Positions 35,518 through 47,029 of a stretch of DNA of 64,000 nt are shown in pieces. The position numbers were made by a program, and so were the translations under genes. The notes beneath the pieces are model-generated. The model ran no database searches, had not been told where the DNA came from, and saw only the letters and a list, made by a program, of their open reading frames with translations. The stretch is from Squalus acanthias (taxonomy: Eukaryota). The DNA is taken from NCBI GenBank assembly GCA_030390025.1, contig CM059430.1, positions 76,756,001-76,820,000 on the forward strand, in the 5' to 3' direction. The number at the start of each line of letters is the position of its first letter. Within the stretch, counting starts at the first letter, position 1.

Positions 35518-35968
35518 ATAGAAACATAGAAACATAGAAACATAGAAACATAGAATCTAGGAGCAGGAGTAGGCCATTCGGCCCGTCGAGCCTGCTCCGC
35601 CATTCAATACGATCATGGCTGATCATCCAAATCCAGTACCCTGTCCCTGCTTTAATCCCCACAGTACACATATCCCACCCTACCCCCGTAACCCCACGTA
35701 TTTAATTCCCCCTAACATATCCCATCCTATCCCCATAACCCCACATATTTAATCCCCCCTAACACTAAGGGTCAATTTATCATAGCCAAATCAACCTAAC
35801 CCACACATTTTTGGACTGTGGGAGGAAACCGGAGCACCCGGAGGAAACCCACGCAGACACGGGGAGAATGTGCAAACTCCACACAGACAGTCACCCGAGG
35901 TCAGATTCGAACCCGGGTCTCTGGCGCTGTGAGGCACCAGTGCTAACCACTATGCCACCGTGTTGCCC
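35518..35968 (-). mobile_element. tRNA-derived V-SINE (HE1-like) with CR1-derived 3' tail
   Basis: Head with A/B-box-like tggcatagtgg and ggttcgaatc; V-domain gtggagtttgcacattctccccgtgtctgcgtgggtttcctccgg; tail matches the CR1-C 3'UTR plus (ttctatgt)n. Confidence 0.88.
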
Positions 35969-36904
35969 GTGTTATGTTGCAGACATCGCCAGTTTTCCTC
36001 AGGGTTCGTACGATGTCTGATGCTAACTAGTTTTCCCTGTTCACACAACCTAATGTATTACCGAGCCGTGACCACCTGAAACTTGTGAACAAAGAACTGA
36101 GCTTTTTGTGTTCGTAAATATCTGTACAACTTTCAAAAGCGATAGTCGCGAGGGGATACGAGAAGCTTGGCGATCTCCCTACCGAAATGTTCAATTGAGT
36201 TCCTCGATCTCCTACAGATATTGTACAACGATCATCATTAACCAGTATAATGAGTGCCTCACTTTATCATATGTCTTCACAATTATGCTTTTTTAATTGA
36301 AATTATTCGGTGAAAGTGAAGGACGCATCATTGGTTCAAAAGAGAGGTGGAGAAAACGAGATGAATCTGAAAGATCCGATTGGATGACACCCCAGTACCC
36401 CAGCTCTCCCATTATATCACCCAGACACATTTTCAATCCAACTGGTGTTGGTTCTGTAGCCACTCTTGACCAGATATTCCAGCCTCTGAGTAACAAACAA
36501 TATTTCCTGATACCCCTTTTAAAAATATTTCTTACTTTAGTTACTTTCTGTCCTCTGCTACTACTTCCCGGATTTTCTTTGACATTTCTGCATTGACATG
36601 TTCCAAATTATTTAATGTTTTATTCTGCAGTGTATGTCAATGTCAGCATTCATAACTATTACAATGACTAAATCTGCAATAGTGTGACCTGTTCTCAATA
36701 AAATTACTCGAATTGGTATTGTATTCTGCCCAGTTCAGCTGTACGGAAGGTCACCAGCGGAATTACCAAACCACAGCAACACATCTCGTTCATTACAGTC
36801 TATTTTATAGAGATCATTACATGATCCAACCAAATGATTATTATGGTTTTATGGCGTTATATTGGTGTGTTCGTGTAACGCCTGTTTGGATTAAACACTA
36901 CAGG

Positions 36905-37648
36905 GCGATGGGGATATTGCGGTCGGAGGCTTCCCGGGGGCGAATGCATCCAAACAGCAAGTAAACTCCGCACCTACCTGGTGCCTCTGTACCTTGAAGA
37001 CTCGTGCCACCTGCCTAAAGGCCCAGGTATCCCAGGGGCACCTGCAGTTCCAAGCATCCCTGGGATCACGTGGGCCAGCCCGACCAATCACAAAGGGGTA
37101 TCCCATTATGTTTATGGAGATTCCATTTATGTACGGATCCCCATAAGCATATTAGGAATCCCCTAAAAAATACATTTTCACAAGACTGAAATAAAAATAA
37201 ATCACCACATGGTCAAAATTAATTAAAATACAATTTAATTAAACATTTAAAACAAAAATCTAACTTTAAAAAAAAAAGTAAACATTTTTCAAGGGGCCAA
37301 AAATAACCTAACTAATTGTAAAGGTTGTTGTGTGATTAAATGATTTAAAAAATATATTTTAATACTTATTTCAACCCTAACCCTGGTAAAAGAAGGCCCT
37401 ATGCCTGTTTTTACCAGACAAAAGCATTTTGTGGGCATTCGCTGGGCAGCAGTTGGGCAAATAGCCCAACTCTGTGCCAGCGACTGTCCATTTCCTGCGG
37501 TATTGTACGATGTGGCAAACTGAAACTTGACAGATTGCAAGTTCCGGGTTTTCGTGCATGCGCATCACATGTGGAAACCCGGAAATTGCGGGGCACTTAC
37601 ACTCGCGTACTCTGCATACGCGGTCACAGGCCCCGGAAAATCCGGGCC
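36905..37648. mobile_element. Harbinger-type MITE (~740 bp)
   Basis: GC-rich arms with AT-rich core; ends aaaatccgggcc; homologous to other copies in the window. Confidence 0.7.
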
Positions 37649-38742
37649 AATGTCTTAGCACCACGTGTAACAAATTCGGGGGCACTTCTCTGAAGAACGA
37701 ACTTGCAATCCGGTTGCATATAAAGGATAGAGGAATTGTTTTCCCATCACAACCAAATATACCAAATGGATATAAACATTTTTATAAATGCCTTCACCAC
37801 GATGTCCTCTGCTCAGTATTTCTAGCAAAAATACTCACGATGAGGCAGAGTTCATGGCTGAGGTACTAAATGAATACTTTGCAACTGTCTTCACAAAGCA
37901 AGAGGATGCCTGCCAATGTCAGAGTAAAGGAGGAGGCAGTAGAGACAATGAATAGGATAAAAATAGATTAAGAGGAGGTATTTAAAATGCTGGAAGAGCT
38001 CAAAGTGGAAAAGTCACCCAGTCCGGATGGAATGCATCCCAGGTTACTGAGGCAAGTAAGGATGGAAATAGCGGAGGCTATCGCCACAATATTTTAATCC
38101 CCCTTGGATATGGAGTTGGTGCTCGAGGACTGAGGGATTGCAAAAGTTACACCCCTGTTCAAAAAGGGAGGGAGGGCTAAACCGGTAATTACATGGCAAT
38201 CAGCCTAATGTCAGGGAGGGGAAAACTTTTAGAGACAATAATCCAGGCAAAATTGTCACGTGGAAAAAATTGGATGAATAATGGGCAGCCAGCACTGATT
38301 TGTTGAAGGAAATTCGTGTCCCACAAACTTGATTGCTCTTTTTACTGAAATATCAGAGAGGGTACATGAAGGTTGTGCGGTTGATGTTGTGCATATGGCC
38401 TTTCAAAGGGCGTTTGATAAAGTGCCACATAATAGAGCTGTTAGCAAAATTGAAGCTCATGGGTTTAAAGGGACAGTGGCCGTTTGGATGTGAAATGATA
38501 AGAGACAGAAAGCAGAGAATGCAGGTTGACAGTTGTTTTTAAGACAGGAGGGAAGTATACATTGGTATTCCTCAGGGGTGGTATTAGGACTACTGCTCTT
38601 TTTGATATATAGTAATGATCTGGACTTGGATATACAGCGCATAATTTCAAAGTTTGCAGATGACACGAAACTTGGAAATGCAGTATAGAGTGAGGAGTTA
38701 CTAAATTACTACTTTTCATCTGTCTTCACTAAAGAAGATTAT

Positions 38743-39390
38743 GGGCCGTATTTTGCAACCCCCTGCGGGTGCGTACCTGGTGTGTACGCATCTGTAGGGG
38801 CCGCACAAGTTCCGGGTTTAGGTATGCGAAGCGCTTGCGCTAAAACCCGGAACTTGTGATCTGTCAAGAATCTTCTTGACAGATCCTCCGCATCCCAACT
38901 TCCACCCACTGAATGCCCGTGAAATTCTTATGATTGGTAAAAGCAGATGTAAGGCCTGCTTTTAACAGCATAAGAGTTTTAAAAAATAGAAAAATAAAAT
39001 TTTATCACTCATTTATACATTAAAAACCCTGTCCAACAAGGTAAGTTTATTTTTAGCCCCGTTAAAACATATCAATTTAAAAAAAAAAAATTAAATTTTG
39101 GTTTAAAATATTTAATTAAATGGCATTTTAATTCATTTTAAACATGAAAAAAACATACGTACGGATAAGTATGAATGGGGATTCCCTTCTTTTATTGGTT
39201 GGGCCAGCCCACATGTTCCATGGGGCGCTTGTTAACCGCATGCGCACCTGGGATACGTGGGCCTCTGCCCTCGCGTACCTGGAGAGGCCCAGGATCGCAA
39301 GCCTCCGTATCTCCAGGGCCATCCGGTAAATGCGTAAATATTTAATATGTCGGAGGCATCCGCCCGCGAGAAGCCGCCAAATGTTGGGCC
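38743..39390. mobile_element. Harbinger-type MITE
   Basis: gggccgtattttgc...aaatgttgggcc termini, flanked by tat/aat, inserted in CR1. Confidence 0.72.
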
Positions 39391-39978
39391 AATGCTGCTA
39401 ATGTCACAGTAAAGGAGCAGGCGGTAGAAACATTGGATAGGGTAGAAATTAATAAAGTGGAGGTACTTAAACCTCTGGCAGCATGCCAAGTAGAAAAGTC
39501 ACCTGGTCCAGATTGGATGCATCCACGTTGCTGAGGGATGTAAGGGTGGAAATAGCAGAGGCCTTGGCCACAATCTTTCCATCTTCCTCGGATATGGGAG
39601 TAGTGCCAAAGGACAGGAGAGTTGCAAATGTTACAACCCTGTTCAAAAAAGGAGATAAATAAACCAGGTAACTACAGGCCATTCAGCCTAATGTAGGTGG
39701 TGGGGAGACTTCTAGAAGCCGTAATCCGGGACAACATGTCACTTGGAAGAAAATTGGTTAATAAACAACAGCAGACATAGATTTATTAAAGGCAAATCAT
39801 TTCTGACAAACTTGATATATATCAATGATCTGGACTTGGATTTAGGGGATTTATTGTTAAATTTGCAGATAACACAAAGTTTGGAACTGTAGTAAACAGT
39901 TAGGAGGATAGTAGCAGACTTCGGGAAGACATAGACAAACTGGTGAAATGGGCAGATACATGACAGGTGAAATATAAT

Positions 39979-40642
39979 GGCCCGGATTTTCCAATCGGAG
40001 GCTTCCTGCGTACAGATGCCTCCGATCTGGAAAAAATCTACGAACTTACCTGCTGGCTTCGATGGTCCCAACACTTCCGATCCTGGGCCTCTCCTGGTGC
40101 GCGGGCGCAGAGGCCCGGGTATCCCAGAGGCGCAGGCGGGTCGCAAGCGTCCCTGGGATCACGTGGGCCATGGGGAACCAATCAAAGAAGGGAATCTCCC
40201 TTCGCAATTTTGACAGGTCTCTCTGCACAGATCTGTCAAAAGTATGAATGGGGATCATTCAAAAAACACACTGAAACATTAAATAATTTTTTTTAAATCA
40301 CATAGTTAAAATTAGTTAAAATTACATTAAATTAAATATTTTCAACAAAAATTTAATTTTTTGAAAAAAGTAATTAAAGTTTTTTACGGGGCTAAAAAAT
40401 AAACTTACCTTTTTTAAAGTATTTTTAAATTAGAAATGAGTGAAAATGGTTTTATTTTTTTATTTTTTAAACTCTTATGCTGGTAAAAGCAAGCCTTACA
40501 CCTGCTTTTACCAGGCGTAAGATTTTTAAAGGTTGTGCAGAAAGCGGAACTCTCTGCCCGCAGAGGCCTTTCTCCAGGGCAGGCGGAGGATCTGTCAAGA
40601 GGATTCTTGACACATCGCAAGTGCCGGTTTTCAGCGCATAGC
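39979..40642. mobile_element. Harbinger-type MITE (one end truncated)
   Basis: ggcccggattttcc terminus; internal homology to the other copies. Confidence 0.68.
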
Positions 40643-41599
40643 TGTCAAGTGTGAAGTGATGCATTTTCGAATGAACAGTGAAGAGTGGCACTATAAATTA
40701 ATTGGTACAATTTTAAAAAGGTGTGGAGGAACAGAGAGACCTGGGGTTTCACATACACACATTTTGAAGGTGGCAGGTCAAGTTGATAAAGCTGATAAAA
40801 AAGCATACGGGATCCTTTGCTTTATAAATATAAACTAAAGGGTACAATTCTAAAAGGAGTGCATGAACAGAGAGTCCTGGGGGTATATGTACACAAATCG
40901 TTGAAGGTGGCAGGGCAGGTTGAGAATGCGGTTAAAAAAACCATACGGGATACTGGGCTTCATAAATAGAGGCATAGAATACAAAAGCAAGGAAGTGATG
41001 ATGAAACACAGGTTCGACCTCAATTGGAGCATTGTGTCCAATTCTGGGCACCGCACTTTAGGAAGGATGTGACGGCCTCAGAGAGGGTGCAGAAAAGATT
41101 TACAAGAATGGTTCCAGGGATGAGGGACTTCAGTTACGTGGATAGACTGGAGAAGCTGGGGTTGTTCTTCTTAGAGCAGAGAAGGTTGAGAGGAGATTTG
41201 ATAGAGGTATTCAAAATCATGAGGGGTCTGGACAGAGTAGTAGAGAAACACTGTTCCCATTGGCAGAAGGGTCGAGAACCAGAGGACACAGATTTAAAGT
41301 GATTGGCAGAAGAACCAAAGGCGACATGAGGCAAAACTTTTTACGCAGCGAGTAGTTAGAATCTGGAATGCACTGCCTGAAAGGGTGGTGGAGGCTGAGT
41401 CAAACGTGGCTTTCAAAAGGGAATTGGAAAAGTATCTGAAGGAAAAAAAAAATGCAGGGCTACGGGGAAAGGGTGGGGGAGTGGGACGAGCTGAAGTGCT
41501 CTTGCAGAGACCTGGCACGGGCTCAACGGTCTGAATGGCGTCCTTCTGTGCTATAACCATTCTATGATTCTATGATTCGATGAGGCAGAGAAGTGGAGG

Positions 41600-42785
41600 T
41601 GGGCCACCAATATTCATTCAATTGACTCCAGCAGAGGAGGAGTCCCTGGAGATCTCTCCAGTTGCAGAGCTGCTGGCGGTGTGAGACGGAGAGAGGGGGA
41701 CATCCCAGAAACCCGGTGGCAGAATTACATCCAATACAGCCACATGGCATACAACATTCACTCTTATAGTGACTGATGTCAGTAGCCAGTGAAATAATGT
41801 CATGTGCATATTTGCAACTTTTCCCATTCTTATCATAACACCTTTAATTCACTCTTTACTCTCCTACACGTCTCCCACTGTCCAACCGGAGGAGGAAGAT
41901 GACTCCTCAGAGCAAACCCCAGCATTTGACAGCCACTGGTAAGACACATCCACCAGGTCCTCTGGGCAGCAGGTTTTGTTCCAGCAAGCTACAGATGTCT
42001 GCGATGACCTAGCGTGATAGCCTGAGCCTTCTGAAGTACTGCTGCTCACTCATGTCCAGGAAGCTCATTCTCTGCGTCTATACCCTGTGTTGGCGGCATC
42101 GCCTCCGGCGTGGTGCAGCCCTGTGCTGACCGCCTCCTGTGCAGCATCAGGATGGTGAGGAGAAGGCTGGTGTTGTGGTTGCTGCTGCTGCTGCTGGTGT
42201 TGTGGTTGCTGCTGCTGCTGGTGTTGTTGGTGCTGGGGCTCATCTTGTTCGGATTCTGAGGTCCAAGGTGAGACAGAATAAGTGGCACCCATGCTGATGT
42301 AATAGATGGCAGGTAAAGCGGAGATGAGAGGCCCAATCCCTCAATGATAGTGACTAGCAATGTGGTGGGAGTGGATTCCGAGATTGCAGAAATGACCTGC
42401 AAACTGCTGCCAGCTAAATCTCTGCACAACATGGAGTCAGCAAGAGCGTTTCCATTTGTCCAGTAATCAGGTGCAATGTGTTTTTCCAGGCTCTCAATTA
42501 ATGGACTCGCACACTGGCCACTAAGCTTCCGCCTCCTCTTCACAGGCGAGGTTACCGAGGTGCATGAAACCGATGCTCCTCAAGTTAAAGCCAAAAGCAT
42601 TTAAGTATTTGAATGCGGTCGCCCGCCTCTCCCGAGCGGGTCCGTGACGCAACTCCAAACGCACCCGAGTTAAATGCAGAAGTCGACGGGATGACGGCGG
42701 GTTGCCAACACGCTGTCAATTTCTGTGAGTTCAACTGCTGATCTGCCCCCAAACCCTCACGCTCAGCAATGGGAAAATTCTGGCC
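41600..42785 (-). pseudogene. Harbinger remnant with a degenerate transposase N-terminus
   Basis: Minus strand HRV*TQRMSFLDMSEQQYFRRLRLSR*VIADICSLLEQNLLP aligns with RVYRDQLSYIHMSDEQCLRRLRFSKEVLTEFCHLLQPDLQP; terminus ggccagaattttccc at 42785; (CAG)n tract. Confidence 0.78.
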
Positions 42786-43354
42786 ATAGAGTACAGAAGG
42801 AAGGAAGTTATGCTGAAACTTTATGAATCACTGGTTAGGCCTCAGCTGGAGTATTGTGCCCAATTTTGCGCACCACACTTTAGGGAGGATGTCAAGGCCT
42901 TGGAGAGGGTGCAGAGGTGATTCACCAGAATGGTACCAGGGATGAGGGACTTCAATTATGTGGAGAGATGAGAAAAAGTCAGATTGTTCTCCTTATAGCA
43001 GAAAAGGTTAATGGGAGATATAATAGAGGCGTTGATAATCATGTGGGGTTTTGATAGATTAGATCAGAATAAACAGTTTCCACTGGCAGTGGGGTCAGTA
43101 TCTAGAGACATAGATTTAAGATAATTGGCAAAAATCCAGCGATTTGTTATAATCTGGAATGCACTTCCTGAAATGGTGGTTGAGCAGATTCAATACTATC
43201 TTTAAAAAGGTAATTGGATATATTCGAAAAGGAGAAATTTGCAGGGATATGGGGAAAGAGCAGGTGAGTGGAAGCAATTGGATAGCTTTTCCAAAGATCC
43301 AGCACAGACGCGATGGACTGAAAGGTCTAAGCTGTATGATTCTATAATTCTATG
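42786..43354 (+). mobile_element. Old CR1 3' fragment
   Basis: VRPQLEYC.QF..PH.R.DV motif; attctat tail. Confidence 0.8.
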
Positions 43355-43355
43355 C

Positions 43356-45696
43356 TAATGAGAAAGGATTAATTAGCAATCTTGTTGTGCGAGGCCCCTT
43401 GGGGAGGAGCGATCATAATATGATAGAATTCTTCATTAAGATGGAGAGTGAAGTAGTTGACTCAGAGACTAGGGTCCTCAATTTAAATAAGGGAAACTAT
43501 GATGGTATGAGGCGCGAATTGGCTAGGATGGATTGGGGAATGTTACTTAAAGGGTTGACGGTGGATAGGTAATGGCAAACATTTAAAGATCGCATGGATG
43601 AACTACAGAATTTGTTCATCCCTGTTTGGCATAAAAATAAAACAAAAAAGGTGACTCAACTGTGGCAAACAAGGGAAATTAGAGATAGCATAAGATCCAA
43701 GGAGAGGACATATAAATTGGCCAGAAAAAGCAGCAAACCTGAGGATTGGGAACAGTTTAGGATTTAGCAAAGGAGGACAAAGGGCTTAATTAAGAGGGGG
43801 AAAATAGAGTTGAGAGTAAGCTTGCAGGGAACATAAAAACTGACTGTAAAAGTTTCTATAGATATGTGAAGAGAAAAAGATTGGTGAAGTCAAGCGTAGG
43901 TCACTTGCAGTCAGAATCAGGGGAATTTATAATGGGGAACAAAGAAAGGGCAGACCAATTAAATACAAACTTTGGTTCTGTCTTCACAAAGGAGGACACA
44001 AATAACCTCCCAGAAATGTCGGGGAACATAGGGTCTAATGAGAGGGAGGAACTGAATGAAATCAGTATTTGTAGGGAAATGGTGTTAGGGAAATTGATGG
44101 GATTGAAGGCCGATAAATCCCCAGGGCCTGATAATCTACATCCTAGGGTACTTAAGGAGGTGGCCCTTGAAATAGCAGATGCATTGCTGTCATCTTCCAA
44201 AATTCTATAGACTCTGGAACAGTTCCCATGGATTGGAGGGTAGCTAATGTAACCCCACTATTTAAAAATGGTGGGAGAGAGAAAACGGTGAATTATAGAC
44301 CGGTAAGCCTGACATCGGTAGTGGGGAAAATGCTAGAGTCCATTATAAAAGATGTAATAGCAGAGCACTTGGAAAACAGTGACAGGATCGGACAAAGTCA
44401 ACATGGATTTACAAAAGGTAAATCATGCTTGACTAATCCACTGGAATTTTTTGTGGATGTAACTGGTAGAATAGATAAGGGAGAACCAGTGGATGTGGTG
44501 TATTTGGACTTTCAGAAGGCTTTTGATAAGATCCCGCATAAGAGATTGGCATGCAAAGTTAAAGCACATGGGATTGGGGGTAAGGTACTCACTTGGATAG
44601 AGAACTGGTTGGCAGACAGGAAGCAAAGAGTTGGAATAAACGGGTATTTTTCTGAGTGGCAGGCAGTGACCTGTGGGGTACCGCAGGGATCGCTGCTAGG
44701 ACCCCAGTTATTCACAATATATATTAATGATCTAGACGAGGGAACTAGATGTAATATCTCCAAGTTTGCAGACGACACAAAGCTGGGTGGGCGAGTGTGT
44801 TGTGAGGAGGATGCAGAGAAACTCCAGTATGATTTGGACAAGTTGGGTGATTGGGCAGGTGCATGGCAGATGCAGTATAATGTGGACAAATGTGAAGTTA
44901 TCCACTTTGGTGGCAAAAACAGGAAGGCAGATTATTATCTGAACGGCAGTAGATTGGGAAAAGGGGAAGTGCAACGAGACCTGGGAGTCCTTGTGTACCA
45001 GTCGTTGAAGGTAAGCATGCAGGTGCAGCAGGCGGTTAAGAAGGCAAATGGTATGTTGGCCTTCATAGCGAGAGGATTCGAGTACAGGAGCAAGGATGTC
45101 TTGCTGCAGTTGTACAGGGCCTTGGTGAGACCACACCTTTGAGTATTATGTGCAGTTTTGGTCGCCTTATCTGAGGAAGGAAGTTCTTGCCATGGAGGGA
45201 GTGCAGCGAAGATTCACCAGACTGATACCTGGGATGACAGGAATGACGTATGATGGGAGATTGGGATGATTGGGCTTGTATTCGCGAGAGTTTAGAAGAA
45301 TGAGAGGGGATCTCATTGAAACTTTTAAAATTCTAACAGGACTAGACAGACTAGATGCAGGAAGGATGTTCCCGATGGCGGGGGAGTCCAGAACCAGGGG
45401 TCACAGTCTAAGGATAAGGGGTAAGCCATTTAGGACTGAGATGAGGAGGAATTTCTTCACCCAGAGAGTGGTGAACCTGTGGAATTCTCTACCACAGAAG
45501 GCAGTTGAGGCCAATTCATTAAATATATTCAAGAAGGAGTTAGACATATTTCTTAAGGCTAAAGGGATCAAGGGATATGGGGAGATAGCAGGTACAGGGT
45601 ATTGAGTTTGGATGATCAGCCATGATCTCATTAAATGGCGGAGCAGGCTAGAGGGGCCAAATGGCCTACTCCTGCTCCTATTTTCTATGTTTCTAT
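43356..45696 (+). mobile_element. CR1 LINE subfamily C (5'-truncated, multiple stops and frameshifts)
   Basis: ORFs 43387-43572, 43866-44210, 44228-45142 and 45270-45605. Confidence 0.93.
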
Positions 45697-46319
45697 TCTA
45701 GGACAGACACCGTGTTTGGGTGCTTCCTGCACAGAACGATGCAAGCTGGCATGAGAATCGCGGGTCGAAAGTCCATCCATTGAATTATTGGAAGCAAATT
45801 CAGTCACTATGGGCCCACAGCCTCCCGGCCGCCATAACATGCCAACACCTTCAGTGCCCTACTGGCAGAATCAGTCCAAGTAACTCAAAAATAAGGGATG
45901 ACAGTTCATTCTTGTAGTCCACTGGTAGGACTAGTCTGCGGCAATAACCTGCAACTGGCAAGGTTTATATACTTGAAGTTACACTTTTGCTGCAGGAAAA
46001 AGTGACAAAACCATTTGGGTTCTTTGTGAAATTGAGCATTATAATCTACAGTTTTCCGATAAGCTTCTCCATGGTTGCTCGGTCGTCCGGCTGCTGCGGC
46101 GAAAGCAGCATACTCTGACCAAGGAGTTGGAGGGAAAGACATTGGGGTTGTCCAAGTTCAGTTGGATGCTATGATGGTTAAATGAGGAAACTGAAGGGTT
46201 TAGCCGATTTCTCGCCATTTTTCGTGTTCAACCGCTGCATAATTTAAAAAAAGGTATCTGTGAGTGGCGCACACTGGCGCGGCCAGCCATGAATTCTGTC
46301 ATGTTTCTTATTAATTCTC

Positions 46320-46620
46320 AGGACGCGGACATCGCTGACAAGGCCAACATTTATTGCCCATCGCTTGATAGGATACTTCAGTGGGAAGTTCAGAGTCGAC
46401 CAAGATTGTATGGGATTGGAGTCACATATAGTCCAGACCGGGTAAGGACAGCAGGTTTACTACCACAAAGGACATTTGTGAACCAGTTGGGATTTACGCC
46501 AATCCGACAGCTTTGTGGTTACTTTTACTAATACCATCTTATTGTTTACAGGTTTTATTAAACTGAATTCAAATTCTCAAATTGTCGTTGTGGGATGTTA
46601 ACTCGCGTTTTCTGGATTTA
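46320..46620 (-). mobile_element. Deu-domain SINE (SacSINE1-like), degenerate
   Basis: Minus strand ggttcac.aatgtccttt...ctgtccttacccggtctggactatatgtgactcca (Deu-like core); tail gatgggcaataaatg shared with the 24549 LINE. Confidence 0.6.
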
Positions 46621-47029
46621 GTTTGTTAGTTTAGTTAGAGTCAGTTAATGGGTACAAAATTATAGACTATGCTGGTACGATGTCGCAACATACGCTGGGT
46701 CCAAGAGGTAAAAGCAGATTTTTTTTACTATTCACTGCAGCTGATGGTATCTTTCAAACAACACCTTGTTTCACAATCCACAGGTCACTTGTTATTCGGA
46801 TGCCTCTGACCTACTGTCACAGAGATTGAAAAATGTTTCCATGTGTGTGTTGCGTAAGTGCTGCTCTCACTTTGCACTATTTCTGTATGTATCTTTAGAG
46901 CGACAGAATAAAATGGGGCCAATTATGGCATTTAATAGATTAAAGTGCACTTATGTATATCCTTACATTTGAAATAATTTAGGATGAATACCCATTCATT
47001 TACAATCACCTAACTGTCTCTCTACAAAA

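Larger units (their letters stand above)
37700..41578 (+). mobile_element. Cluster of old CR1 fragments interrupted by two MITEs
   Basis: Degenerate KSP.PDG.HPR, FADDT.L and CVQFWAPHFRKD motifs; tail attctatg at ~41560-41578. Confidence 0.8.
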
